This document shows, in pieces, positions 49,544 through 58,693 of a stretch of DNA of 64,000 bases. How positions within the stretch are numbered: position 1 is the stretch's first letter; each line of letters opens with the position of its first letter. Made by a program: the position numbers and the translations under genes. Below the pieces are notes generated by a model. That model did not search any database and was not told the DNA's origin. It saw nothing but the letters and a program-made list of their open reading frames with translations. Source of the stretch: Candidatus Gallimonas merdigallinarum (GTDB lineage Bacteria; Bacillota; Clostridia; Christensenellales; Borkfalkiaceae). The stretch spans positions 5,009 through 69,008 of the forward strand of contig CAJFLU010000007.1 in the NCBI GenBank assembly GCA_904390485.1, in the 5' to 3' direction.

Positions 49544-51055
49544 ATGGGTTTGGTATTGGAAAAGACAAAGCTTCAAAAGAGCGAACAGAGAAGTTATTAT
49601 TGCACCTGGTTGGCGCAGAATTTTCTCGCGTCGGAAACGGGAGAAAAGCGTGCCGCCGTGCGCCCCGAATTTACGGGTGATCAGGGCGCAAACTGCGCAC
49701 GCGACAAGGTGAACGAACGCACAGTGTTTGGTAAGGGCGGCATGGCGCAAGTCAATGCGCGTGAAGATCTCTATCTCGTGCTCGACGACGGCTGGGACGT
49801 GCCGTTCGATTTTGATCCTTATGTACATAAGGATTACTTTGGCTCGCTCGAAGTGAATGAGCAGCGTTTTCCCTGTGCAAAGGGTAGCCCCGCGGAAAGG
49901 CTGAAAATACTCAACGAGCGAGCAAAGGGCTTGGGTTGGAAAGGAATCGGTATCTGGGTAGCGGCGCAAAAGTGCGGCAAGGATAATAATTCGCCCTTTT
50001 CCGAGGCGGACAAAGAATATTGGCGGGAGCGGATACTTTGGTGCAAACAGGCGGGCGTAACGTATTGGAAAGTGGATTGGGGAACGTTGGAACACGACAA
50101 TGCGTTTCGTAAGTTTTTAACCGATACTGCACGGGAGCTATATCCCGAGCTTACGATCGAACAGGCAATTTGCTGTCCGCCCGTCAACGGTGTGACCGAG
50201 CGGTTGCAGCGCGGAGAAGTAGGAAGATTTCAAGACGATGAAAAAATCAGCGGGCTTTCCAAGCAAGCCGTATCGTTCAGCGAAGTATTCCGCACGTACG
50301 ACGTAACGCCGCAGTTTTCCGTGGCGAGTACGTTGGACAGAGCCGCATATTTATTGTCGTATGCGAAGGGCTATTTGAACGTGGAGGACGAGTTGTACCT
50401 TGCGGCGGCTCTGGGCTGTCAGATGGGCATTATGCGTTCGGTCTACGGCAAGGGGTTGGACGATTGGGACGATAGTGACCGATTGCGCGAAGCGGACGCC
50501 GCGCTGTTCTGGCAGAGAATCGCGCCGCCGTTTGCAGGCGGAAGCGTGGAAATCAGCAAAGAAATTCTTACGGACGAGTGGACGTTTCAAGAAAACGAGT
50601 TTTGGTATCAACCGATAAACGGACGGACGATCCGTCAGGGCGCGCCCGCAGCCGTATCGCGCAACGCGCCGCTACCGGAAGTTTCGGCAGGACAAACGGG
50701 TGCAAAACCGTTCGTTGTCTGCGCGCTCAATCCGAACGGTGTGTATTCCGTCGCTGTGCTTCCCCGCACGTTGAACGGGAAGCGGGCTTACGTCGGGGGA
50801 GATATTATTTGCTCTTTGAAAAAGATGCCCGAAAAGATTGCCGTTTTCGGCTTTGCCGACAGTTTTGAATTTCAGTGGTACCAGGGCAAAGCGGTAAACC
50901 TTACGGCGGTAAGTATGCTCAGCGGGAGCGAAGTCGAGATTCCGCTTTCGGAAAAGGGCAACAGCTTTCAACTCGATGCGGACTTAATGAAAAAACTATG
51001 GAAAACCGACGATAAATCTGCCCCCGCGGTGTTGCTTACGCTACGCGGTAATTGA
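49544..51055 (+). CDS. Uncharacterised cytoplasmic protein, possibly a distant clan GH-D (GH27/36-like) TIM-barrel glycosidase
   Basis: LVLDDGWD and VTYWKVDWG resemble the DDGW and K-x-D motifs present in the neighbouring GH36 (DDGWFG, YVKWDMN). No signal peptide. Confidence 0.4.
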   Translation: MGLVLEKTKLQKSEQRSYYCTWLAQNFLASETGEKRAAVRPEFTGDQGANCARDKVNERTVFGKGGMAQVNAREDLYLVLDDGWDVPFDFDPYVHKDYFGSLEVNEQRFPCAKGSPAERLKILNERAKGLGWKGIGIWVAAQKCGKDNNSPFSEADKEYWRERILWCKQAGVTYWKVDWGTLEHDNAFRKFLTDTARELYPELTIEQAICCPPVNGVTERLQRGEVGRFQDDEKISGLSKQAVSFSEVFRTYDVTPQFSVASTLDRAAYLLSYAKGYLNVEDELYLAAALGCQMGIMRSVYGKGLDDWDDSDRLREADAALFWQRIAPPFAGGSVEISKEILTDEWTFQENEFWYQPINGRTIRQGAPAAVSRNAPLPEVSAGQTGAKPFVVCALNPNGVYSVAVLPRTLNGKRAYVGGDIICSLKKMPEKIAVFGFADSFEFQWYQGKAVNLTAVSMLSGSEVEIPLSEKGNSFQLDADLMKKLWKTDDKSAPAVLLTLRGN

Positions 51056-51083
51056 GCGGTCTTTATTACGGAAGGAGATAAAA

Positions 51084-53036
51084 GTGGATAAAACAATTTA
51101 TTTGGGTGCGGCGTACTATCCCGAACTGTGGGATGAGAGCGAAGTGGAAAAGGACATTGCCCGTTGCAAAGAGTTAGGCGTAAACTGTTTGCGCGTGGGC
51201 GAATTCGCATGGGGCAAAATGGAACCGAAAGAGGGAAAATACGATTTTGCTTGGCTTTTACGCGTGGTAGAAAAACTGCACGAAAACGGCATATATACCG
51301 TGATGTGCACGCCCACCTGTACGCCGCCGAGATGGATGCTGAACAAATACCCCGAAATGCGCAGAGTCATGCCCGATCTGATCAAATCGGACGTATCCTC
51401 ACGGTGTCACGTGTGCAAGTCGTCGCCCGTAGCGCGGGAGAAGAACAAACAAATCGTCACGCAAATGGCGAAGGTATTTGCGGGGCACAAGGGAATCATC
51501 GGTTGGCAGATCGACAACGAAATTTTCCCTTACGGCGACGGTTGTTTCTGCGAAAACTGTAAAAAGGGTTTCCGTTCGTACTTAAAAGAAAAATTCGGGT
51601 CGGAGAAAAAGCTGAATAAGGCATGGGGTATGGCGCGCTGGTCGCTTGAATACGATTCGTTTGAAGAGGTCGAACCGCCCTACCCCGCGCAGTGGCGGCA
51701 CCCTTCCTTACAAAAGGCATGGTGGGCTTATCAGTGCGGACTTATAAAATCTTTCATTGAAGAACAGGCGCAAATCTTACATAACTACGGTTGCGGGAAC
51801 GTCGGCACGGATATGATGGCGCAAAATTATTTGGACTATTATGCCGTGAACGAGAAATTAGACGTCGTACAGTACAATCATTACGATACGGCGGATCGGC
51901 TCTATACGAATGCCTTTGCATACGATTTTCTGCGTTGTGTAAAGGATAAACCGTTTTGGGTAACGGAGACGCAGGTCGGCTGGAACGGGAGCAATTATGC
52001 CGACTGCGGCTACCGCGCCGTCGGGGCTTGCTATGCAAATACCTGGCTGCCGATCGCAAAGGGCGCGGAGATGAATTTGTATTGGCTGTTCCGCACGCAT
52101 CCGAACGGGCATGAAATCGGGCACGGTGCGCTGTACTCTACGGCGGGCAGAAGCTACCGCGTAAGCGAAGAAGTGAAGAAGGCGGGCGAAGAATTTGTAA
52201 AATGCGAAAAATTCTTAACAGAAACAAAAATTGAAAGCAAAATTGCTTTGCACTATTCGGCGATGGCGATGAATTCGTTTTCCTTCGCGCCGCTCATCAA
52301 GGATTTTGACTACCGTCAAACAATCCTCGAAATATATCACGCGGCGTTGCGCCACTATAACGTAGACGTCATCGACACGCCGCATACGCTCGACGGATAC
52401 GAAGTGATTGTATCTCCTTTCCTTGCGTGTGCGGACGAAAACGGTTTTAAGGAACGTATCACCGAATGGGTAAAGCAGGGCGGCACGTGGATCGTAGGCC
52501 CGATGAGCGATATCATGGACGGCAACGTGAGCCGTTACGCGCACGCGCCGTACGGCTTTTTGGAAGAGCTTGCGGGGGTATATACGAAGTATCAGAAGCC
52601 CGTTGCAAACGACGTTTTCAAGGCGCAGTGGATGAACGACGGCGACTGTAAAATCGGCATGTGCTACGACGCATACGAGTGCTTAGAGGGGACGAAGAGC
52701 CTTGCTCACTATACGGCGGGCGAGTTCACGTCGCTCTCGGTGATTACCGAGCGGAACGTAGGAAAGGGAAAAATCATTCTCGTGGGAAGCGTTATTTCGG
52801 ACGGCGATTTACTGCGGCTTGTGGGCCGTGCGCCGATTGCGGAAGCAAGCGATAACGTTGTACTCGTAGAGCGGATCGGAGAAGAGCAGGGAATGATTGC
52901 CGTAGAAATCGAAAATAAGAGCGGATATCTAGTATTGGACGGAGAATATACCGATCTAATAACAGGAAAAAATTTGACGGGCAAAATCGAGGTTTCGCCC
53001 TATGAAGTTTTTGTATTGAAAAAAGGAAGTAAATAG
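51084..53036 (+). CDS. Glycoside hydrolase family 42 beta-galactosidase
   Basis: GAAYYPELW, LRVGEFAWGKMEP, GWQIDNE, Cys cluster C-x-C-x2-C, 650 aa. GTG start. Confidence 0.9.
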   Translation: MDKTIYLGAAYYPELWDESEVEKDIARCKELGVNCLRVGEFAWGKMEPKEGKYDFAWLLRVVEKLHENGIYTVMCTPTCTPPRWMLNKYPEMRRVMPDLIKSDVSSRCHVCKSSPVAREKNKQIVTQMAKVFAGHKGIIGWQIDNEIFPYGDGCFCENCKKGFRSYLKEKFGSEKKLNKAWGMARWSLEYDSFEEVEPPYPAQWRHPSLQKAWWAYQCGLIKSFIEEQAQILHNYGCGNVGTDMMAQNYLDYYAVNEKLDVVQYNHYDTADRLYTNAFAYDFLRCVKDKPFWVTETQVGWNGSNYADCGYRAVGACYANTWLPIAKGAEMNLYWLFRTHPNGHEIGHGALYSTAGRSYRVSEEVKKAGEEFVKCEKFLTETKIESKIALHYSAMAMNSFSFAPLIKDFDYRQTILEIYHAALRHYNVDVIDTPHTLDGYEVIVSPFLACADENGFKERITEWVKQGGTWIVGPMSDIMDGNVSRYAHAPYGFLEELAGVYTKYQKPVANDVFKAQWMNDGDCKIGMCYDAYECLEGTKSLAHYTAGEFTSLSVITERNVGKGKIILVGSVISDGDLLRLVGRAPIAEASDNVVLVERIGEEQGMIAVEIENKSGYLVLDGEYTDLITGKNLTGKIEVSPYEVFVLKKGSK

Positions 53037-53037
53037 T

Positions 53038-55194
53038 ATGATCAAAGCAAACGGAAAAACCTTTTTATTGCAGGGAAAAAATTACAGCTATGCGATGCAC
53101 GTGCTGGAATCGGGCTTTTTACAGCACTTGTATTACGGCGGAAAAATTACGGAAACCGATTTGGATTATTTAATCGAAATCGGCGATACCAATGCGCCGC
53201 ATATCGATATGAACATGGACATGGCGTTCGATAGAATGCTCTCCGAATACGGTTTTTACGCGCGCGGCGATTACAGGGAAGCGACCGCCGTCTTTGAGCG
53301 GAAAGACGGGGCAAGTATGTCGCGTCTGCGCTATCAAAGCTACCGTGTGGAAAAGGGCGCGCCGAACGTAAAGGGTATGCCGCACGTGCGCCAAGGGGAC
53401 GAGACGCTTGTCATTACCCTCAAAGACGATTTTTCCGATATCTCGGTGGATTTGTATTACACCGTTTGCGACAATTCGGACGTGCTTGTCCGCAGCTCGG
53501 TCATTCGCAACACGGGGCGCGAGTCGATCATGCTTAAAAAAGCGTTCTCCTTCCGCGCGCAGCTGCCAAACGGCAATTACCGCATGATGCGTCTTGCCGG
53601 CACTTGGGGACAGGAGCGCATTCCCGAAATTGCGCCTATCGCGCACGGAATTACCCGCTTGCAATCCATTCAAGGTTGTACTTCCCATAACACGAATTGT
53701 TTTATGGGCATTCTCAAAGAGGGCTGCACGGAGGATTCGGGCGAGTGCCTCGGCATACAGCTTATATACAGCGGCTCGTTTGCCTTAACGGCAGAGTGGT
53801 GCAAAAACGGTCCGCTCACGTTGCAGGGCGGCATCTGCGATACGGGCTTTTCATGGGAGCTGAACGGCGGAGAAGAATTCGTTACGCCGCAGGTCTTGCT
53901 CACCTATTCGGGCGAAGGAATCGGGGGCATGTCGCGGAGCATCCACGACTTTTTGCGCGAGCGCGTAATCAACCCCGCATACGTCTATAAGCGTCGCCCG
54001 ATCGTGGTGAATAACTGGGAGGCAACTTATTTCGATTTTAACGAAGAAAAGCTTTTCCCGATCATCGACGAAGCGGGAAAGCTCGGGATCGATACGTTTG
54101 TATTGGACGACGGCTGGTTCGGAAAACGCGACAGCGACTGGTCGGGACTTGGCGATTGGTTCGTGAACGAGAAAAAGCTGAAAGGCGGGTTAAAAACGAT
54201 TATCGACCGCTGTAAGAAGAACGGCTTAAAATTCGGCTTGTGGTTTGAGCCGGAGATGGTGAACGAGGACAGTGATTTATTCCGCACGCACCCTGATTGG
54301 GCGATCCATAAAGACGGGGTAGAGCCTTGCAGAAGCCGTCAACAGCTTGTATTGGATTTCACGCGCAAAGATGTAGTAGACTATATTTTCGGCGTCGTTT
54401 CCAAGGTGCTCAAAGAGAACGAAATTTCCTACGTGAAATGGGATATGAACCGCAATATTACCGAGGTGTATTCGGCTCAGCTTCCTGCGCACCGTCAGGG
54501 TGAGTTTATGCACCGCTATATTTTAGGCGTGTATGATTTGGCAGAGCGGCTGACTTCCGCATTCCCGAACGTATTTTTCGAAGGCTGTGCAGGCGGAGGC
54601 GGAAGATTCGACGCGGGTATGCTCTATTACTTTTCTCAGATTTGGACGAGCGACGACACCGACGGATTCGAGCGTACAAAGATCGAGTGGGGGACTTCTG
54701 TTTGCTATCCGCTGTCCGCCATGAGCTGTCACGTTTCCGTCTGCCCCAATCACCAAACGCAGAGAATCACTCCCTTTGAAACGCGCGGGAACGTAGCGAG
54801 CCTCGGCGCGTTCGGGTACGAGCTCGATCTTTCCAAGATGACGGAAGAGGAAAAGGCGCTCACCAAAGCGCAGATAGAAAGCTACAAGCGCACGAGTGAG
54901 CTGATTTTGAAAGGTGACTTGTACCGCTTGATGAATCCGCTTGAAAAGAACTATTTCTGTGTTATGGTCGTCAGCAAGGATAAGAGCGAGGCTTACGTTG
55001 TGGGAGAACGTATTCTGGGAATTCCATGCGACTATAATCAATACCTCTATCTGTGCGGCTTAGATGAGAACGCGCTCTACAAAATTGAGGAGCTGAACAT
55101 TACGGCAAGCGGTAAAGCGCTTCAAAACGCGGGCTTGCTTTTGCCGAAGCTTTCCGATTTCGGCAGTTGGGCGTGGCATCTGAAAAAAGTATAA
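53038..55194 (+). CDS. Glycoside hydrolase family 36 alpha-galactosidase
   Basis: NNWEATYFDF, FVLDDGWFGKRD, YVKWDMNR, CAGGGGRFD, WTSDDTD. Confidence 0.9.
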   Translation: MIKANGKTFLLQGKNYSYAMHVLESGFLQHLYYGGKITETDLDYLIEIGDTNAPHIDMNMDMAFDRMLSEYGFYARGDYREATAVFERKDGASMSRLRYQSYRVEKGAPNVKGMPHVRQGDETLVITLKDDFSDISVDLYYTVCDNSDVLVRSSVIRNTGRESIMLKKAFSFRAQLPNGNYRMMRLAGTWGQERIPEIAPIAHGITRLQSIQGCTSHNTNCFMGILKEGCTEDSGECLGIQLIYSGSFALTAEWCKNGPLTLQGGICDTGFSWELNGGEEFVTPQVLLTYSGEGIGGMSRSIHDFLRERVINPAYVYKRRPIVVNNWEATYFDFNEEKLFPIIDEAGKLGIDTFVLDDGWFGKRDSDWSGLGDWFVNEKKLKGGLKTIIDRCKKNGLKFGLWFEPEMVNEDSDLFRTHPDWAIHKDGVEPCRSRQQLVLDFTRKDVVDYIFGVVSKVLKENEISYVKWDMNRNITEVYSAQLPAHRQGEFMHRYILGVYDLAERLTSAFPNVFFEGCAGGGGRFDAGMLYYFSQIWTSDDTDGFERTKIEWGTSVCYPLSAMSCHVSVCPNHQTQRITPFETRGNVASLGAFGYELDLSKMTEEEKALTKAQIESYKRTSELILKGDLYRLMNPLEKNYFCVMVVSKDKSEAYVVGERILGIPCDYNQYLYLCGLDENALYKIEELNITASGKALQNAGLLLPKLSDFGSWAWHLKKV

Positions 55195-55206
55195 ACGGAG
55201 AGTTAT

Positions 55207-56940
55207 ATGAAAAAAACAGAATATCCGCGTCCTCAATTTCAAAGAGAAGAGTGGTTGTCCCTCAACGGCGAATGGGAGTTTGCCTACGACGATTCCGACG
55301 AGGGAATTAAAAACGGGTATGATACGGGAACGGTTTTACTCCCCCTTAAAATTAACGTTCCGTTTACCTATCAGTACGAAGCAAGCGGTATCGGTGATAC
55401 CGCTTGCCACGAACGTGTATGGTACAGAAGAACATTCAAAGTAAAGCCCAATAAACGTGTATTATTGTGCTTTAACGGCAGCGATTATATTACCGACGTA
55501 TGGGTGAACGGTAAACACGCTACAACGCACACGGGTGGGTTTGCGCCCTTTTCTTGCGATATAACCGATTATCTAAATGGGGAAGAAAACGTCCTCGTCG
55601 TACGGTGCTACGATAGTTTGGAAACAGCTGTTCCGCGCGGAAAGCAGAGCTGGAAGGCCGAACCGTTCGGTTGTTACTATGTGCCCAATACGGGTATCTG
55701 GCAGAGTGTTTGGCTGGACTTCTTCGGCACGGATTGTGTGGAAAGCTATACCTTACAATCAGATATAGACAATCGAGCAATCAGGGGTGAAATTCATACG
55801 CTGTACGGAAAGGCAGACGAGGCGGAAATCACTCTTTCTTTTCAAGGGAAGCTTTTACAAAAGCAGCGCATTGTGTTGCCGCAGAAACGCACAAGGTTTG
55901 CAATCGAGCTTGCAGACTGCGCATTCGATTTTAACGACATGCTTTGGTCGCCCGAAAAGCCAAATTTGATTTACGTGGATGTGGTGCTTTATGCAAACGG
56001 TGTGGAGTGCGACAAGGCGCATACCCGACTTGGAATGCGCAAAATTCATATCGACAAAGCGGGAAAAATCTGTCTGAATAACCGTCCGTATTTTCAACGG
56101 CTCATTCTTGATCAGGGCTATTGGGTGGAGAGCGGCTTAACACCGCCAAGTGCCGAGGCGCTCAAAAAGGATATTGAGCTTGCCAAAGCAATGGGATTTA
56201 ACGGCGCGCGAAAGCATCAGAAACTTGAAGATCCGTATTTTTACTATTATGCGGAAGAGCTAGGCTTCCTCACTTGGTGCGAAATGCCGAGCGCGTATAC
56301 GTTCTGCGTGGAAGAGGTCGCGGCAATTACAAACGAGTGGCAGGAGATTATCAAAGTTGCCAAAAATTTTACGAGCAATATTGTCTACGTTCCGCTCAAC
56401 GAAAGCTGGGGTGTGCGTGAGATCGGCGTAAACAAAGAGCAACAAGAGTTCGCGCGCAGTTTGTATCATTTAACCAAGTGTTTAGATTGCGAAAAGCTCA
56501 TTTCCACGAACGACGGATTCGAGAACGTCAATCCGACGGATATTGTTTCCATTCACGATTACGACATTGCCAAGGCGGAGCAGTTCCCCATAAAGTACAA
56601 AGCGGGGGATTATAACGGACTCTGTCCGCAGGGTTGGAAATTATTCGCCGAGGGCAATTCTTACGAGGGACAGCCCGTACTGTTCACAGAGTTTGGAGGC
56701 ATGATGCTCAAAGAACAAGGCGTCGAAGGCTGGGGCTATAACGGCTGTGAAGAGAATGCAGAATCCTTTTGCAAGCACCTCGAAGAGCTTGTTAAGGGCA
56801 TTGCACAAACGGAGTTTCAGGGCTTTTGTTATACGCAGTTGACCGACGTACAGCAAGAGGTGAACGGGCTTTTGCGTGCCGATCATACGCCAAAGTTTGA
56901 TTTGGCGAAGATAAAGAATTTAACAGAAAAAATCATATAA
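55207..56940 (+). CDS. Glycoside hydrolase family 2 enzyme (specificity not assignable)
   Basis: YPRPQFQREEWLSLNGEWEF, VWVNGKHATTHTGGFAPF, NGARKHQK, acid/base PLNESWG, ~577 aa short GH2 form. Confidence 0.8.
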   Translation: MKKTEYPRPQFQREEWLSLNGEWEFAYDDSDEGIKNGYDTGTVLLPLKINVPFTYQYEASGIGDTACHERVWYRRTFKVKPNKRVLLCFNGSDYITDVWVNGKHATTHTGGFAPFSCDITDYLNGEENVLVVRCYDSLETAVPRGKQSWKAEPFGCYYVPNTGIWQSVWLDFFGTDCVESYTLQSDIDNRAIRGEIHTLYGKADEAEITLSFQGKLLQKQRIVLPQKRTRFAIELADCAFDFNDMLWSPEKPNLIYVDVVLYANGVECDKAHTRLGMRKIHIDKAGKICLNNRPYFQRLILDQGYWVESGLTPPSAEALKKDIELAKAMGFNGARKHQKLEDPYFYYYAEELGFLTWCEMPSAYTFCVEEVAAITNEWQEIIKVAKNFTSNIVYVPLNESWGVREIGVNKEQQEFARSLYHLTKCLDCEKLISTNDGFENVNPTDIVSIHDYDIAKAEQFPIKYKAGDYNGLCPQGWKLFAEGNSYEGQPVLFTEFGGMMLKEQGVEGWGYNGCEENAESFCKHLEELVKGIAQTEFQGFCYTQLTDVQQEVNGLLRADHTPKFDLAKIKNLTEKII

Positions 56941-57007
56941 ATAATTTTTTTGAATCTATTGAATGGTTAACCACCATAGAGCAAATAAATAGTTGCTAAA
57001 TAAGGTT

Positions 57008-57044
57008 AAAGTCGGTGATACGAGAATTTATCAGCGACTTTTTT
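57008..57044 (+). terminator. Intrinsic terminator after the GH2 gene
   Basis: AAAGTCG ... CGACTTT stem with inner TGAT/ATCA pairs, followed by a T-run. Confidence 0.55.
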
Positions 57045-57177
57045 ATGCTCTTTTTTCGGTGTCTTTCGCTTTATTGAGAGTGAAAGAGAATACAATTTGG
57101 AGGTTAAAACAATGACAATTAGACCGCCTTAATCGGCAGACAAGTGGAAAACAAAAGCCCCCTGCAAGGGCGAACGG

Positions 57178-57228
57178 GATACAAAAGCGAAGCGTTGTAT
57201 CTTAGTGAGATAAGGTTACAAAGTAACC
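57178..57228 (+). promoter_or_regulatory. Candidate oriT region (two inverted repeats)
   Basis: GATACAA-10 nt-TTGTATC (57178-57201) and GGTTAC-aaa-GTAACC (57214-57228), 27-77 nt upstream of the relaxase gene. Confidence 0.4.
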
Positions 57229-57254
57229 GACATTAAAAAAAGGAGAAAACAGTT

Positions 57255-58484
57255 ATAAGTTATCAAGTTATACGAGTGCAAAAATTTACAAAGGGATCGT
57301 TAGGTAAAATAGGTGGAGAATCCGAACGGACAAGCAACGGACACCGCAACGAAGATATTGACAGCGAGAGAACGCCGCTCAATTACTATTTTAAAAAATC
57401 AGACGGCGGGTTTACATCCACATGGAAAAGTATTTTGAATGAGCTGAATGCTACGTTCAAGGAAACGAAGAAGTCGACGGCGTTTGAAGGGATTATAGTA
57501 ACCTCGGATAAGGCATTTTTTCAGCGGCTTGGTTACGTTGCGGGAGACGAGCCGCCACCCGAGGTGATGAGATTTTTTAATCGGGCTTACAATTTCATAT
57601 TGCGAGAAATCGGGTATCACGGCACAGATCAAAACATTATCTCTGCCGTGATTCATTTTGACGAAACCACGCCGCATTTACAGCTTTATTATCTGCCTAT
57701 CATTGATAAGGGCAAGAAGAAAGTTTATGCCAAAGGCGTGGACGGGAAAGTTTTGCGGAACGAGAAGGGTTCACCGATACAAGCAAAGGATGAACACGGG
57801 AGAGCAATCTATGAATTGAATGAATTGGAACAACCCAAAGTGTGTTCGTCAGATTTTTGGGAACAACGAGGCGGGCAGTTATCGTTCGGTAATTTACAGG
57901 ACGCATTCTATGATGAGGTCAGTATTCGATACGGATTGGAACGCGGCGAAGTCGGCAGCAATAAAAAACATACCACGAAGTATGAGTGGCAGAAGCAACA
58001 ACAGGAAGCCGAGCTTGCGAAAATAGAAGCGCGGGCAGCAATCCGTGAAGATCAGGCGAGCTTTGCTACCGCTATGCGGGACAGGGCGATGAATGAGCTG
58101 AATGAGATTAATGAGCGGAAAGAAATAGCAAGTGAGGAACTCAAACCGTTACAGAAGTATTTAGACGCATTCAAAGAGGCGTTGAAGGGTGATTTGCCAC
58201 TTTCACCTACGAAGTTACGGAAAATGATAGTAGGGCTGACAACCGAATATAAGCGGCTTGAAAGCGAAAAGAAAATTACCGACAGGGACAGAAAAAATCT
58301 TTTTGAGGAATTGCAGAAAGTAGAAAAACGTATTCCCGAATTGGAAAAGTATAAGGCCTTCGTTTCCCTTTTAGTCGATTATGCGCCCGATAAATTAGAG
58401 GAAGCGAAACGAGCGGCGAACGAGAGAAGGAATACACCAAAACCGCCAATCAAAATAAAGACAAGCGGCAATTATAAATTATAA
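57255..58484 (+). CDS. MobV-family (Pre/Mob) relaxase, possibly degenerate
   Basis: HFDETTPHL motif III region and coiled-coil C-terminus. The conserved N-terminus ISYQVIRVQKFTKGSLG starts at an ATA codon 9 nt after AGGAG. The first canonical start is GTG at 57276. Confidence 0.7.
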   Translation: MSYQVIRVQKFTKGSLGKIGGESERTSNGHRNEDIDSERTPLNYYFKKSDGGFTSTWKSILNELNATFKETKKSTAFEGIIVTSDKAFFQRLGYVAGDEPPPEVMRFFNRAYNFILREIGYHGTDQNIISAVIHFDETTPHLQLYYLPIIDKGKKKVYAKGVDGKVLRNEKGSPIQAKDEHGRAIYELNELEQPKVCSSDFWEQRGGQLSFGNLQDAFYDEVSIRYGLERGEVGSNKKHTTKYEWQKQQQEAELAKIEARAAIREDQASFATAMRDRAMNELNEINERKEIASEELKPLQKYLDAFKEALKGDLPLSPTKLRKMIVGLTTEYKRLESEKKITDRDRKNLFEELQKVEKRIPELEKYKAFVSLLVDYAPDKLEEAKRAANERRNTPKPPIKIKTSGNYKL

Positions 58485-58693
58485 AAATTTATAGTGCAAA
58501 TTGCTTGCAATTTGCAGAAAAATAAGGTAGGATACAAACCCAGTCGGGAATGTATCTCTCATACAACTTAATACAAAATGACAACTGAATAATTGAAAAA
58601 TTATAAGGAGAAGTTTTGTGAATATGGTAAGAGAACATAGTAGCCATTTAGCGAGAGAACATTGTAGCTACACAAATAACAATGTAAGGAGAT

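Noticed and set aside
57112-57132. Mini-ORF MTIRPP-stop with a GGAGG RBS upstream of the relaxase gene (possible stalling leader peptide ending in Pro-Pro-stop)
   Set aside because: It has six codons only, I could see no linked attenuator structure, and there is no resistance gene downstream. It cannot be distinguished from chance.
58498-58520. Perfect palindrome TGCAAATTGC-TT-GCAATTTGCA after the relaxase gene
   Set aside because: It is probably just the relaxase terminator or stem. There is no U-tail, and nothing links it to a specific function.
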